From: the human T2T-CHM13v2.0 reference genome, Homo sapiens
DNA: 64,000 nucleotides
Strand: one strand, 5' to 3'
Assembly (NCBI RefSeq): GCF_009914755.1
Contig: NC_060930.1
The position numbers and the translations under genes are program-made. Of this stretch, positions 46,574 to 61,481 are shown in pieces (the first letter of the stretch is position 1; the number at the start of each line of letters is the position of its first letter). The notes under the pieces were generated by a model, which worked only from the letters and a program-made list of their open reading frames with translations, had not been told where the DNA came from and ran no database searches.

Positions 46574-48666
46574 CAGAGCCTGTGCTCACCAATTCTAGTC
46601 GTTTCCAGCACTGACCCAGGCCTTCTGGAACCCAAGGTATGCCTGCCCTGCTGCCGGTATCTGGGCTGGGACCGAGGGCATCCATCCTATCCATCCAGGA
46701 CGCCTGAGAGCTCTGAGCTACGACAACACCCTTGTCTGAACTCAGGTGTCTCTCTCCACCACCTGGGCAGACTGAATGACGCCCTTCTCTATCCCGAGGC
46801 CACGCCTCACACCCCATGGTGGACCCAAAGCTACTCCATATCCTGTCCTGGGACTACACCCCACCCCGCACCGCTGCATCAATATAGCAGCAGGCTTCAG
46901 AGGTAGTTTCTGAACCCGCATTGCTCCATAATGGTTACTCTAAGTGTGGCCTCCAGTTTATCCCTCAGTCCTGGAAGACTGAGATTCCTCTGGAGACAGG
47001 CACGAGCTCACCGCCTGTGCCACCAGTCCCTGCTCTGGCTCTCAGGCTGCCCTGACTTGTCTCACACAGACTCCTAGAAGGCTCCTTACTTTGATCAGGT
47101 CAAACCCTGCTGCCAGCACAGGGCAAATGGGAAGCACAGAGCCGTTTCTGTGTTTAAGTCCACCTGGGCAGAAATGAAGCTGAACGGACATTTCTCAGGA
47201 AGATTCCCAATGCTGGGGGAATGTTTCCTAGAGGAACATTTCTGTGGCCGACAAACACGGATGCAGAACAAATGACTCTGGGGAGGCAGCAGAGCGCAAC
47301 GGGGGGCACGGCCTCCGCAGCCCACAAGCTGGCCACACCTGCCCCTGCCACGCAGGCTGAGTCACCACGGCAGCTGCACCTCTGTATGGCATGGAGACTC
47401 GGCTACACCGCAGGGCTGAGGGCCGGCCCTCAGACGAACCAGGCCCCAGACAGAACTCAGCACATGAGTTTCTTCCTAGTCTTCTGCAAACTGACATGTT
47501 TTCTTTACTCCCATTGTCGCCTGCTGTCTAAAATAAGATTCTTCTTCAGGCTGCCGCTACTCTCAGACTCAAACTCCAGCTCCGTCACGTTTTCTGGAGC
47601 CCTGCTTCTTCTGTGGCATTCCACACATGCCACGCTCTGCCCCTCCATGCCACCCTCTTCCTCTGCCCCTCTGCTCCTTGTCACCCTCCCTGCAGCTGGG
47701 TGGGCTGTCCTCTATACGCCCCCTGCGGCTGGGTGAGCTGTCCTCCACACGCCCGCAGAGTCCTGTGGACGTCTCTGAAGCCCCAGTCCCCACACCTAAC
47801 AACTGGGAACATGTCTGTCTCCCCCATAATCGTAAAGTCTTTGAAGACAAGGACGTCTGTTGCATCTTCCTTGAGCACCAAGCACAGTGTCCGCCCACTC
47901 ACCAGAACTCACTCTTTTCCTGCACCTTCTTTTCCAAGCGCGTGCCTGACTTCCAGGGTCCTAAGGCCTGACCCTGGCTCCCTGCCAGCTTAGTCTCCCT
48001 CCCCACCCCAGCCCACTCCTGGATTTCAGCCACACCTGATGACCTGAGCAAGGTCGGGCCACCACCACCCAGTGCTACACAGGATCCCTTCTGCCCATCT
48101 GCCTGCTGCCCCTCAAGGACATCCCCCTCAGCTCTCCTCTAAGCTGACTGTGCATAAAATGCTGCTCCCATTACCCTGTTGTATGCTCTTTATTAACTCT
48201 CCCTACCCTGGACAGACATAGAGCCGCCTTCCCTCCTGCTGGCACCACATCATGCTGGCACCCGCCTATCTGCCTCTCCCTGGCAACTGAGGAGACCAGG
48301 ACAGCCAGTGGGAGACTTGCAGGGAGGAGGAGGGCGCTGGCTAGTTCTCCGCCCTCTCTGCTTCTCCTCCAGCCTGGGGTGAAGGTAGCTTCCTGCTGCC
48401 ACTACTGTCCAGTGGCCTGACTTCTCCTGACACCCTCACAGTCAATGCCGCCTCACCTCCTCCCCCTGCACTTCCTGGAATGGGCTCTGCTGTCAGTCCC
48501 ATTATCTCTCACAATTTGTATTTAACAGTATTATTTAGGGGAGAGACTGTATCTTCCTCATTTTTCTACAGAGAGACTGTATAGTGCCTAAACTAAATAT
48601 TATTGAATTGAGTCACTTAAAATATTATAAATTTGATTCAGAAAATGTTATTTTTCCAAGGATGGG

Positions 48667-48977
48667 TTTATTTCAAAATTGTAAAGATTTATATATTATT
48701 TTTATTACATATAATAAGCAATTTTTAGCTTAAAATAAGTTTCACATTTAAAGTAAAAAAAATCTTAAAAATGCAGACATTTTTTAAAAGCAAAAAAGTT
48801 TAATTATCTTGCAGCACAGGTCTACCTTTAAATATTCACATTTCAAAGCTGCTTTGAAAAGATTTAAAAATTGGCTAAAAATAATTTACAACTGGCAGTG
48901 ATTAAAAATCTTATCTTTGGAAAAGTATATTAATGACACATAATGAATTTAAAGTTACAAGCATTTAATGGTTTAAT
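48667..48977 (-). terminator. SFT2D1: Candidate SFT2D1 poly(A) signals
   Basis: ATTAAA on minus strand at 48964-48969 and 48972-48977, AATAAA at 48667-48672, in an AT-rich 3' UTR downstream of the stop. Confidence 0.55.
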
Positions 48978-49136
48978 CAAGCATGTAGTTTTTACCAGTA
49001 TACAAAATGAGACTTAGTACAAAACGGTCTTCAACTGTCACGTCAGTTGTTCCTGGAGTGTTTTATGGGGAAAAGCAAACTTCACCAAACATAGAGTACC
49101 AACATTCAAGTGCTCTTTTCCACAAGTTTCTGATTT

Positions 49137-49176
49137 TCAACTTAGGAGAGAAGAACAGCATTTAATAACTGCATCC
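49137..49176 (-). CDS. SFT2D1: SFT2D1 last coding exon (exon 8): (R)DAVIKCCSSLLS*
   Basis: Pyrimidine tract ...ctcttttccaccag acceptor; 40 nt, phase-compatible with exon 7; TGA at 49137-49139. Confidence 0.93.
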
Positions 49177-49468
49177 CTGGTGGAAAAGAGAGGGAAAAAA
49201 ACAGAATATAATATTCCTCAAAAGCAAAGTTGCGCAAAATGTTCCTGCTAAATCACCTTTTTTAACAGAACTCAATGGATGCTCCAACACACTTTTTGAT
49301 TAATAAAAACTTTGTTCAGTATCATTTAAGATTAAGAGCTAAGATTTGAAAACATTTTGCTGATTTTTGACATGGTATTTATCTTAAGAAATTTTTACTG
49401 GCATATACACTGATCTCAATCAAAGAAATAAGTTTAAATACCAAAAATAACCTAACAAAAGATCTAAC

Positions 49469-49737
49469 TTTTTTCTTTTTTTTTTCCTTTTGAGACAGGT
49501 TCTCACTCTGTCTTCCAGGATAAGTGCAGTGGCGTGAGCAGATCCTCCCACCTCAGCCTCCCAAGGAGCTGGGACTATAGGGCACACCACTACACTAATT
49601 TTTTTTTTTTTTTTTTAATAGAGACAGGGTCTTGCTATGATGCCCAAGCTGGTCTCAAACTCCTGCGCTCAAGCCATCCACCCGTCTCAGCCTCCCAAAA
49701 TGCTGGGATTACAGGGATGAGCCACCAAGCCCAGCCC
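49469..49737 (-). mobile_element. AluJ-like with internal deletion
   Basis: gagacaggttctcactctgtc...gagccaccaagcccagccc. Confidence 0.85.
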
Positions 49738-49763
49738 AAAGATTTAATTTTTAAAAAGAACTA

Positions 49764-50045
<282 letters not shown>

Positions 50046-50807
50046 CTAATGAACTGAGTTTCAAAACTGTAATGTTTATAACTGAATCCTCAGAATTAAA
50101 AGAAGATTGAAGTGTGACCTTTCATATTTTCTTCCAAAACTGTTATTACTTGATACTTCATTCATTAAAAAAGCTTCTACCTAGGCCATAAAAAATATCC
50201 ACTAATAAAATTCTTATAGGCAAAATCTGTACATTGCTTATTGCTCTCGAGTGTGGGATCCTGTGTCTGGAGAGGCTGGTCATGTTCTTGAAGTCCTGCC
50301 ATCTCTTCAGAGCCTCTTGTATGGGACATCACGTCTAGAGGTCCTTTCCTCCGCACCAAGAAGTATTGGAGGTCTCCTTGCTCTAAAGTTCCTATGCATG
50401 GTAAATTACCCTTGCACACTCCTGTTAAGCAGCTTTCTCACCTGTAGCTAACTTTGTTTTGCTTTTTCTCCTTGTAAGTATCTATCAGAAAGAATCATAC
50501 ATTTGAAATGGAATAAAAATAAAATTTCTACCAATTTCCTTCACTGTTCGTATTAAAGACAATTTTGCTGTTTTTAAATATATAACATATCTTTGAATTT
50601 CACAGACAGGCAAAGCTGTGCCTCACCAGAATCTTTTTCTAAATCTATCAGATTTAAAATTGGAACTAGTTTTGTTTTCTCCTCCACGGCTAAATACATT
50701 TCTCTGGAAAAATATTTTAAAATGCCGGTTACCTCTTGACATACAATTAAAATGTTTTTGCTGACCAAAAATAAGCATTTATGTGTAAGCCCTCATTTTC
50801 CCAGTAA

Positions 50808-51102
<295 letters not shown>

Positions 51103-51330
51103 GTAACTTCCTTTTCTTAAGTAGAATTTGTTTTCCTGGAGTCTCTGTGTCCTATTTTCTGAACTCCTAAAGCCATGGAAGGGTCCAGAATCTCATCCAC
51201 ATTCCCTAGTGCACGCCAGGCAGCAGGGCGGGAGGATACTCCCCACAGAGCTGCTCCATGTCGCCAAAATGTTTCCATACAGACATTATCATGGCAAGCT
51301 GCTATTCATCTCATTGAAAACATGTTTACT

Positions 51331-51633
51331 GCCGGGCGCGGTGGCTCACGGTTGTAATCCCAGCACTTTGGGAGGCTGAGGCGGTAGGATCACAAAGTCA
51401 GGAGATTGAGACCATCCTGGCCAACATGGTGAAATCCCGTCTCTACTAAAATACACAAAAAAATTAGCCGGGCATGGCAGTACGCGCCTGTAGTCCCAGC
51501 TACTTAGGAGGCTGAGGCAGGGGAATCTTGAACCCAGGAGGCAGAGATTACAGTGAGCCGAGATGGTGCCACTGCACTCCAGCCTGGCGACACAGTGAGA
51601 CTCTGTCTCAAAAAAAAAAAAAAAAAAAAAAAA
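51331..51633 (+). mobile_element. AluS (Sc-like)
   Basis: gccgggcgcggtggctcac...gagattgagaccatcctggccaac...long poly(A). Confidence 0.95.
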
Positions 51634-51777
51634 GTATGTTTATTTCCTTTTAGGAAATTAAAATCAACCAAAAAAAAGGGTTTAAATAGTATTTTTATGT
51701 AAAAATTACTTAAATTCATATATTTGTGTGAAGATAAGTAAAGAACCAGAAAGAAGACAAGATTCAAACAAGCTTAC

Positions 51778-51807
51778 CTTGCATATGGGATGTACGACAG
51801 GCTATAC
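51778..51807 (-). CDS. SFT2D1: SFT2D1 exon 7 (30 nt): (W)YSLSYIPYA(R)
   Basis: ttcttgcag|GTATAGCCTGTCGTACATCCCATATGCAAG|gtaagc; YSLSYIP motif of the SFT2/Got1 family. Confidence 0.95.
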
Positions 51808-51914
51808 CTGCAAGAAATATTCAAGCATGTTGAATCTTCATCTGAATGATGGTTTTCCTTTATGCCAAAAGGCCATGTCTAACCTTATAATAAATACAGC
51901 AGCATGAGACTGTA

Positions 51915-52090
51915 CAGTGGTTCTCAAAGTGTGACCCCGACCAGCAGTGACAGCATCATCTGGGAACTTGTTAAAAATGTAAATTATTAGGTCCTACCTT
52001 AAACCTCCTAAATCACAAGCTTGCTTTAACAAGCAACCTGCACTTTAAACAAACTCTCTAGGTGATTCTGGTGCATGCTAAAGTTTGAGC
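51915..52090 (+). mobile_element. MER5A (hAT-Charlie)
   Basis: cagtggttctcaaagtgtg...cagcatcatctgggaacttgtta...ggtgattctggtgcatgctaaagtttgag. Confidence 0.8.
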
Positions 52091-52629
52091 TTCTTATAAT
52101 AAAATAGAAACTGTACCACAACTGATAATTATAGTCTCCTTTAGGGATAAATCAATTATTAGTTACAAATTAGGCAATAAAAGGCAAAATACTAGAGAAA
52201 ATAACCAAGAGATTAAGTTTCTTCACATATCAGTGAAAAAAAGTAAAGAACATTTTATGGTGAATTTGAGATATACAGAGAATTACATTTAACATTCACT
52301 GATGTTTCATCTGTCAGTAGAAAGAAGGCCGAAAGAAAGGTGATCCCAAACTGGGTAATGTCGAGTAAGAGGAATGTAAAATGGCAAAACCAGGAAGCAA
52401 AAATTAGGAAGCAAGAGCTGCTCTAAAGGAAAAGGAAAAGTACTCTTCACTAACACAGAAGAGCGCAGGAGCTGCAGGGCACGTTTAATCAACCACCCAG
52501 ATATTTATGGCCTTTATGCAGATGAACTCTTACTGTGCGAGACACAAAAAGGCTACAAGGAGGAGAGTCTGAGCAGAAACCAGGACATGACTGAATCTTC
52601 ACAAAAGTGGACTGGGAAAGGCAGTGCAG

Positions 52630-53036
<407 letters not shown>

Positions 53037-53457
53037 TCACAGGGCCACAGAGTCAACATCAGGATAAATTCCACGTTGTATTTATCCAGCAATAGAGTGG
53101 AGAATGCAGGTAAACTCATCTTCCCTTGGACTCACCCTGTGATTTGGTCTCACTTTTATGTACTCACATGGCATCACCTACTTTTCTTATTATTTCTCTT
53201 TCTCACATTAGAAAAAAGCAGAACATATCACTATGTAACTCTACGAGCACAGCACCCCATACTTCTCCCGAACAGTACCACTGAGCCACGCTGTCAAGTG
53301 CAACAGGACTCATCGCAGACCTCCCCTCCTCTGACCCTGCAGGGCCTGTCTGGCTCCAAAACACCAGACGAAATGCTAGGGCTTCACAGGTCCCAAACAA
53401 AATGCTCGTCACATCTCAGGCAATTTTAACACTTCACTAGGGTAAGGAAAGACTTAC

Positions 53458-53516
53458 CAGGTCATTGACAAGAACTGCAATATGCAGAATAACACAGCCA
53501 GTCCCTTCTTATGCCA
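53458..53516 (-). CDS. SFT2D1: SFT2D1 exon 6 (59 nt): WHKKGLAVLFCILQFLSMT(W)
   Basis: ttgttag acceptor, gtaagt donor, frame continuous with neighbouring exons. Confidence 0.95.
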
Positions 53517-54641
53517 CTAACAACAGCAAAAACAGAGCAATTATGAGTTTCAAAGTTTTAAAAACATCTTTCTCAATCAAACTTAATTCTTGTCTTTCAA
53601 AAATGTAGATGATGGCTTCATTTATCTTTATTAAATTTTAGTGTGATAAATTTAAGATACAGTTGATCTGAAACTTTAAAACCCAAAAAATACATTTCCT
53701 TTCTAAAACTATATCCATTAATTTAAATACTGCAAAATATATGACTTTAAATAAACGTTACTGAAACAATTGTGCATAGACTGAAAACATTAGACTTTTA
53801 AAGGTGGTTAGGTCTTTAAAGTCAATGTTAACTTATCTAGAATCGACATGTAAAATCCCACTGAGATCTGTATGCCCCATGTGAAATTTACTTATTTTAC
53901 TCATTCCCATTTGCTCCTTGAGTGATATTTTGAAGGAAAATTGTATTTTATTGTGATCTTCTGGAATAATATAAACAGTTTCCATGGTTGTTTTAAAATA
54001 TTTTCAGAATTCCTTGTCCATCAGTGCTTTTTTACTTATTTATCTTCAATCTACTGTTTATAAGTAAACAGGCAATTCCAAAACCAAAAATCAAGGTTCT
54101 ATAGAGAGGTGCAAGTTAAGAATATTCTTTTATCATTAAGAAATGACACGTAAATCAATCTCATATAACTAAAGTCCTGTCCTTACATCATCAAAATAAA
54201 AAAAAAACTGGAATATTTCTGATAGCATTCTAAAATATCTACCCTTTCTTCTTTAAAATGGGACTTTTCTTGTTGATAGTTCAAGAACTGCTTCAAACCC
54301 ATTTGGGAAATAGGTTGAGTACAATAGAAAAATATGATGTAGAATCAGGAGATCAAGAAGTAAACGGAATTGTAACAATGTGACTTCTTTAAAGGCTAAT
54401 GAACAGCTGTTAACCTTCTCCACAGGGTAGGAGAATGATTTCAGTTCCTCTCTTTGTTGTTACTATCTGTGTTTTCTGGCCCTCTCTATTGGTTTTACAC
54501 CTTGCTACTCGGCAGCACACTTGCCTCACCACTGCAGACTCACAGCGCACCCCTGCAGCAGCATGGTGGAGAGCACAGCCCCTGAGCCAGGGCCCTTCAC
54601 CACACCGGGCACTGTCAGATTTGCCAACCAGGCCCACAAGC

Positions 54642-54906
54642 AGGTGAGCTCGGGCACACATGTGTGTTTATTAATGACCTCTACGCTGTAGACAGCAGAA
54701 TCTATGGCACATTTAGCCACCAGCTGGGTAGGTGAGCATGTGTGCACATGTGTGTTTACTGACTACCTCTATGCTGCAGACAGTAGAATCTATGGCACAT
54801 TTAGCCACCAGCTGGGTGGGTGAGCATGTGTGCACATGTGTGTTCACTGACTACCTCTATGCTGTAGACAGTAGAATCTATGGCATTTTTAGCAACTAGC
54901 TGGATG
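54642..54906. repeat. 88-bp tandem repeat, ~3 copies, in SFT2D1 intron 5
   Basis: tctatggca anchor at 54701, 54789, 54877. Confidence 0.9.
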
Positions 54907-55052
54907 GTAACATGTCAAATTTTAGGAACACCTAATCTTTAGAGAGTTTTAAAAAAACAGATGAGCTATTTTAAGATAATGGTGTGATGACACGTCAGCT
55001 GGGGTGGGGGGCACACAGTTACCTGAAAGCCAGTAGGGCTGACATAACTTAC

Positions 55053-55088
55053 CCAAAGAGCAGCACACAGGGTAAATATGAAACACAA
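55053..55088 (-). CDS. SFT2D1: SFT2D1 exon 5 (36 nt): LCFIFTLCAALW
   Basis: cttcccctgtag acceptor, gtaagt donor. Confidence 0.95.
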
Positions 55089-56716
55089 CTACAGGGGAAG
55101 AAAGAGTAGATTATAAATTTGAGATCCTTTCAAAAGCCTAATAAAAATGCATAAACTATTCTGCATTCATTTACATAGGGAATATACTATAGAACAAAAA
55201 TAAGAATACAGCTGAATAGTTTTACTTGTATTTTCTGTAAGTATTATTTTACTTTAAAGTCTATGACTGCAATATTCCTTGGCAAATTGGAAGCATCTAA
55301 TAATTTAATCTGTTAAGTAAACTGAAAGATGATCATTCCACATCCCCATGAAAGCAAGCAGGCACAGGAGTGAATGCAAGAGGTGGGCAGTGTGGTGTTG
55401 GAAAGACCTAAAGAGATCCCAGCTCTGACGCCTGCTATCTGAGGGTCCTTGGTGAAGTCAGTGGACTCGTCTAAACCTGTTGTCTTCTCTTTAAAATGAG
55501 GAGAGTTCCTACCTACCTGCTTTAAAGGGCTGTTGTAATGAATAAGGTAGAGTGCATCCGTGATGGGCTTGAGCTAGAAGCTGGCATGTGGAAGGCTCTA
55601 TGTGGCACAGCCTCTTCACCACCATTACTAGGCGTGATCTTACGTGGGCAGCAAATCAAACCACGCAAAGTGCTCCACCTTGGGAGACGTCTTATATGTT
55701 CAGACGTTCCCACGTTCTCTCAACATGTGTGTTTTTGTAAGGTACAGTATGTTACTAAAAAGTTTGAGGGGTAAGTGCCAGGATTTCTTAAATAAAACTA
55801 ACTAAAATCTTAGTGGAATATAAACTACTTATATTCTAACAGTGAAATATACTTTGTTAGTAATCTGAAGTTAAATGTTTATATATATGTTGATACATAT
55901 GCTATTATAGGAAATTCAAAATAATTGGAGATTATAAAAGTGGTAAGAAACTATGAAGTTGAATAAAGACATAATAAATAAAGCTAAAAATGAGTTTTTA
56001 CTCTAGTGAGGAGATGGGAGAAGACTGCCAGGCAGATTAGAGTTAACAAACATTTCCTTATAAATTAACATAGGTTAGCTGTGTTTGGAAAGCTAATGTT
56101 AATAGTTATAATGGTAACATTTAAATTCTTTAAATATCATAAATGCTTGAAGGCAAAAGAAATCCACAAGAGACACAGACCAGGTGAGTTAGGAGGCAGA
56201 GGCAGGATGCAGAAGAGATTTGGGTCCCCCTCCTGCCCACAATACACAAAACGATGATCAGCTGAACACCCAGCACGTATGAGAATGGAAACAACCTTAC
56301 TAGCCAAAGTGTAAGCTCTCATCTACCCGCCACCCAGGCTCAAGATAATAAGAGTGATGACCTGAGAGTTGTGGACAGAACCCACAATGTAATGGAAGGC
56401 ACCTTTAAAGATACTGTTACGGGAGCCATATTGTTAGAATTTGTCAAGTTGGCACACAGAGAAGGGACAAAAGTCAGATGACAAATGATGCTAAATCTCA
56501 CCCTCAGCATAGAGGGTGTCTATGCCCACCCTCTAAAGGGTACAAACTAACAATCCCTCATGAAACCATCAGCAGGGCTTAAAAATGAAAGCACACTCAG
56601 CTCTAGGCTCCATTTAAATACGCAGCTACACCATGCCATATACGCAGCAGAAGCAGGCTTTACCCAGCCAGTAGTCTTAGACAATACTGTACCATCTGAA
56701 CTCTATAACCACATAG

Positions 56717-57130
<414 letters not shown>

Positions 57131-57187
57131 TTATTCGTAAAATAACAGTGCAAAGAATACTTCAATAAAAGTTTTAAAAATGTATTA

Positions 57188-57313
<126 letters not shown>

Positions 57314-57452
57314 CTACTAATTTATCTGGTTATGCAAAAATAAACTACTTTTTTAAAAAAGAAGCCCTGTTGCTTTATTTAATTAAAATCTCTCACTAAA
57401 ATTTTTTTTTTCCTTAACTTTATAAAGAAACTTTACAACTATACCAATAGAC

Positions 57453-57769
57453 ATGCTATGGTGTGAAGGTGTCTTCTCCAAAATGTAAGTGTCTTCAGTG
57501 TGTTAGTATGAAGACCGGACTAGGCTGTGAGAACTCCTCCCTTTGAAAGGGATCAAAGGCCCTTGGAGGAGAGGCTGCCTGGGGGTTGCTCTTTCCTCTT
57601 CTGCCCTGGGAGGACACAGGGATCTTCCCCTTGGGGGATGCATCTATCAGCAGGATGGATGTGCCTTAACCTTGGACTTCAGGCCTCCAACTGTGAGAAA
57701 AATTTCTATTCTTCCTAAGTCGCCCAGTCTACAGTATTCTGTTACTGCAGCATAAAAAGGGCTAAGACA
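57453..57769 (+). mobile_element. ERVL-MaLR LTR (MST/MLT1A-type)
   Basis: tgctatggtgtgaaggtgtc...ttggacttcaggcctccaactgtgagaaaaatttc...cagtattctgttactgcagcataaaaagggctaagaca. Confidence 0.75.
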
Positions 57770-58372
57770 AACAACAACCCAAAGATGCGACAAAGATTCT
57801 CAAAGAGGGATTCTCATACTCCCAATATAAAGTAGCCCTCTGTCACTACTGCCACACCCTGTTTTAATTCTCTGCACAGCACCAATGCCATCCCATCTTT
57901 TTCTGGCTTATCATGTGAACATCTTCTTCATTAAAATGTAAGCTCCACAAGAACAAAGCCTAGAGTGCAGCAGCTCCAAGCCTGGGCTCCGGATTCCCAC
58001 CTCAGCCATGGTGGGATCCCACCTCCGGATTCCCACTGCCTGCAGGATTCCCACCTCAGCCATGATTTAGGTTCATCGCCATGGGCAGCACTGACTCCCC
58101 TGCTCTGTGCTATTATCTCCAGTTATAAACGGGGATGATAATACTGCCTACCTCACAAGCTCGTCATAATACATACAAAACACTTAGAACAGTCCCAGAC
58201 ACACATTAAGTGCCCCACAAAGGCTGGCTATTCCTAGCACTAATACCGTCTGTTATGGGAGACGGCATACAGCAGCAGTCAATACATATTTATTTAATGA
58301 ATGTAAATCCTGTGGCTGAATTCACAGTATGTACAGAACTACATAAACATCCTACTGGGAAAGTGCTTATTA

Positions 58373-58510
<138 letters not shown>

Positions 58511-59075
58511 CTAAGTTAAGATATTATAGTTATTTTAAAATAATTTTATGATTTTAATGGTTAAAATATAAACGTGCTACTGCAGTAATACAGTACCAAT
58601 ATTATGTAATATGTTTAAATACAAATCTGCTTGTAGACAGTCTAGTCTGATTACACAGAAAAAATAGTTAATTTTCAATGTTATACACTAACTTGAATCT
58701 TCTTCCTATTTGCACTAGCATATATAAATGAGCCATAACAAAACTTTGTGCTTACCAGTAAATCTCAGTCTATTTAAGTTAAATTTTCATGCTAAATACC
58801 AAGTATGAAAAGGTAATAAACATCTAAATTACTGACTCTCCAGATCTTTTAACACATTGATACATTTTTCTTAAATTATTTCAACTATCCACAAAACTCC
58901 CCAAAATACTAATTTCTACGTATTTTCATTGATCTCTACCCCTTTATTTTAGTTTAATAAATACCTTCCACCAAAATGGTCTAACAGGGATTTAGTAAAG
59001 GACATTAGTTTTTGGTACTAAATGGAATTATTAGTCTAATACAAAATAAAAATTATTAAACAATATAAAGCCTTA

Positions 59076-59189
<114 letters not shown>

Positions 59190-60649
59190 TTAGAATATAG
59201 TCTTAATTCACTACCAATCTGATTCTTTATACTAAATTAAAGCAAAGTTTTAACACATAGTCTGAATCATTTATTTTGCATATCACAGTGTCATTCAAGA
59301 ATACTAAGATTCCACGGTTGTTAAGGGTAATATGACCATGGTCTGGGTAGCAGATGATGCTGAGGAATAACCATTAATTTTGCAAAGTCTGATAATATGT
59401 TTCACAAAAGTCCTTATCTGTTAGGGACAGCCGATATACACTGATATGGATAAAATGACATATAAGATATATTATAAAATATACAAAGATTAAAAAAACA
59501 CAGGGGGCAGATGCAACAGGCCAGGCAAAACACTGAAACTGCAGAGGCTGGGAAAGAGTACACAGGTTCATTATCTGTTCTCTCTGCCTCTGCAGGACGA
59601 ATTCCTCAGGCTCCTAGATGCCAGAGTCTGAGTGCATCCGAGTGCATCCGCACTCAGTGCAAGTCCTGCTGGAGGCAGAGGCTGGCCTTCCACAGGCCAC
59701 CTCCCTTCGGCCGGTCATTGGCTGCAGGCCAGGGGTGGGGTGGGGTGACTGCACCCCATGGAGGGTAGAGGACGCTGGCCACCTACAGGAGGCAGCCTGA
59801 GCAGCCCCAGCAGAGACGATCACAGCACGCACCAGACGGTACCCGTTCTAAGCTCTTTCAGTCCAACCCATGAAAGCTTTGGGCCCCTCCTCCACCACTG
59901 TAAAAACATACTGTGAAATGATCATTTATTCTAGAGCAACAGCATTCCTATATACCATGCAAATTCTAGCCAAATTATGTGGGGAAAAAAGTAGAAATTA
60001 CTAAGTCTACTTTGTACAGTATGATAACCCAGCACACAGTAGTGGTGAAATAAACACACTCAGATTACTAATTATACTATTAAAATATATTTTCCAAATA
60101 AGGCTAAAAAAGTATCTATCAACAGCAGCTGTGCAAGAAACTAGAAATATACAGCAAGGATTTATATTCCAAAACTTAAATTTCTAATTTATACTACCAC
60201 ATCCACTTAAAAATAAGACTACATGCTTATATTTTCAAGAATAATGAAAAATAAGAGAAAGTTCTATATGCAACAGTTCAAAATACATTTGGTTACATTC
60301 CTTACCTCAAGAGATTAATCTGTGAATCCTTATGTAGCATGAAAAGCAGATAAAAATAACTAAGTATTCTGTAATGAAACATATATCACTCTTTAACACA
60401 TTTTAAATGTTTTTTAAGTTTTAATTCACATTCTTGTTTCCAGCAATGTCATCTGTTTATGGCAAAACTAAACACTTGGTTTTAAACAAAGAGTGAAATT
60501 GCCTATAAAAACATCTACATTTCATTCTTACTGATCAGGAAGAATATACACTAAGTATATTTTAACTACGCAGGCCAGAATAAACTGCAAAGACTGAATT
60601 ACATAGTAAATGATCTGTTAAAAAAAATGGAGACACGCCCATCAGCTTC

Positions 60650-60736
60650 ATTTAACCATCCCACAAAGTATACATAGGTCAAAACATCACGCTGTACACA
60701 ATAAATGTATATAACTTTTATTTGTCAATTAAAAAT
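60650..60736 (+). mobile_element. L1MA-like 3' terminal fragment
   Basis: catcccacaaagtatacataggtcaaaacatcacgctgtacacaataaatgtatataacttttatttgtcaattaaaaa. Confidence 0.65.
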
Positions 60737-61199
60737 GGAAAGAATAATGATTTCTAAAGGTTCGTGTGAGTCCACAATGCTGTGAGGATTTAGTGAGAGG
60801 AAAAAGCATCCATTTTTCCTTCTTTTGCAAGTTCAAATCACCCCATTGTTCACAAGTTCAATCGCTGCTTTTCAATAGCCAGTTTTTCTCTCAGCAAGGA
60901 AACAGCACGGCTATTTGTATAATAGTAGGTATTTTTTCCTCCTATTGCCATCTTCCGTGTATTGATCTTTAAAACGAAACAGCAGGACAAATTATTTCCA
61001 CTTGTAAACATGGAATATTCAATCCACAAGCAAATGATTTGTCTCAAGTCTTGCAAATTGTCTAGGATACGAAACAACTATACAGATTTCCTGACTCCTA
61101 ATTGGGAAAACTGTGATATGCTTCAACATGAAAGAAAACCTGGCAGTGCATCTTCCAACTAGGAGACAGAAGGAACCCTGACGTCTGCTTATCACAAGC

Positions 61200-61481
<282 letters not shown>

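Noticed and set aside
59570-59845. Plus-strand acceptor (tctctgcctctgcag) suggesting an antisense exon, and an 8-bp hairpin at 59628-59657
   Set aside because: Only a weak downstream donor; such motifs and short stems arise by chance.
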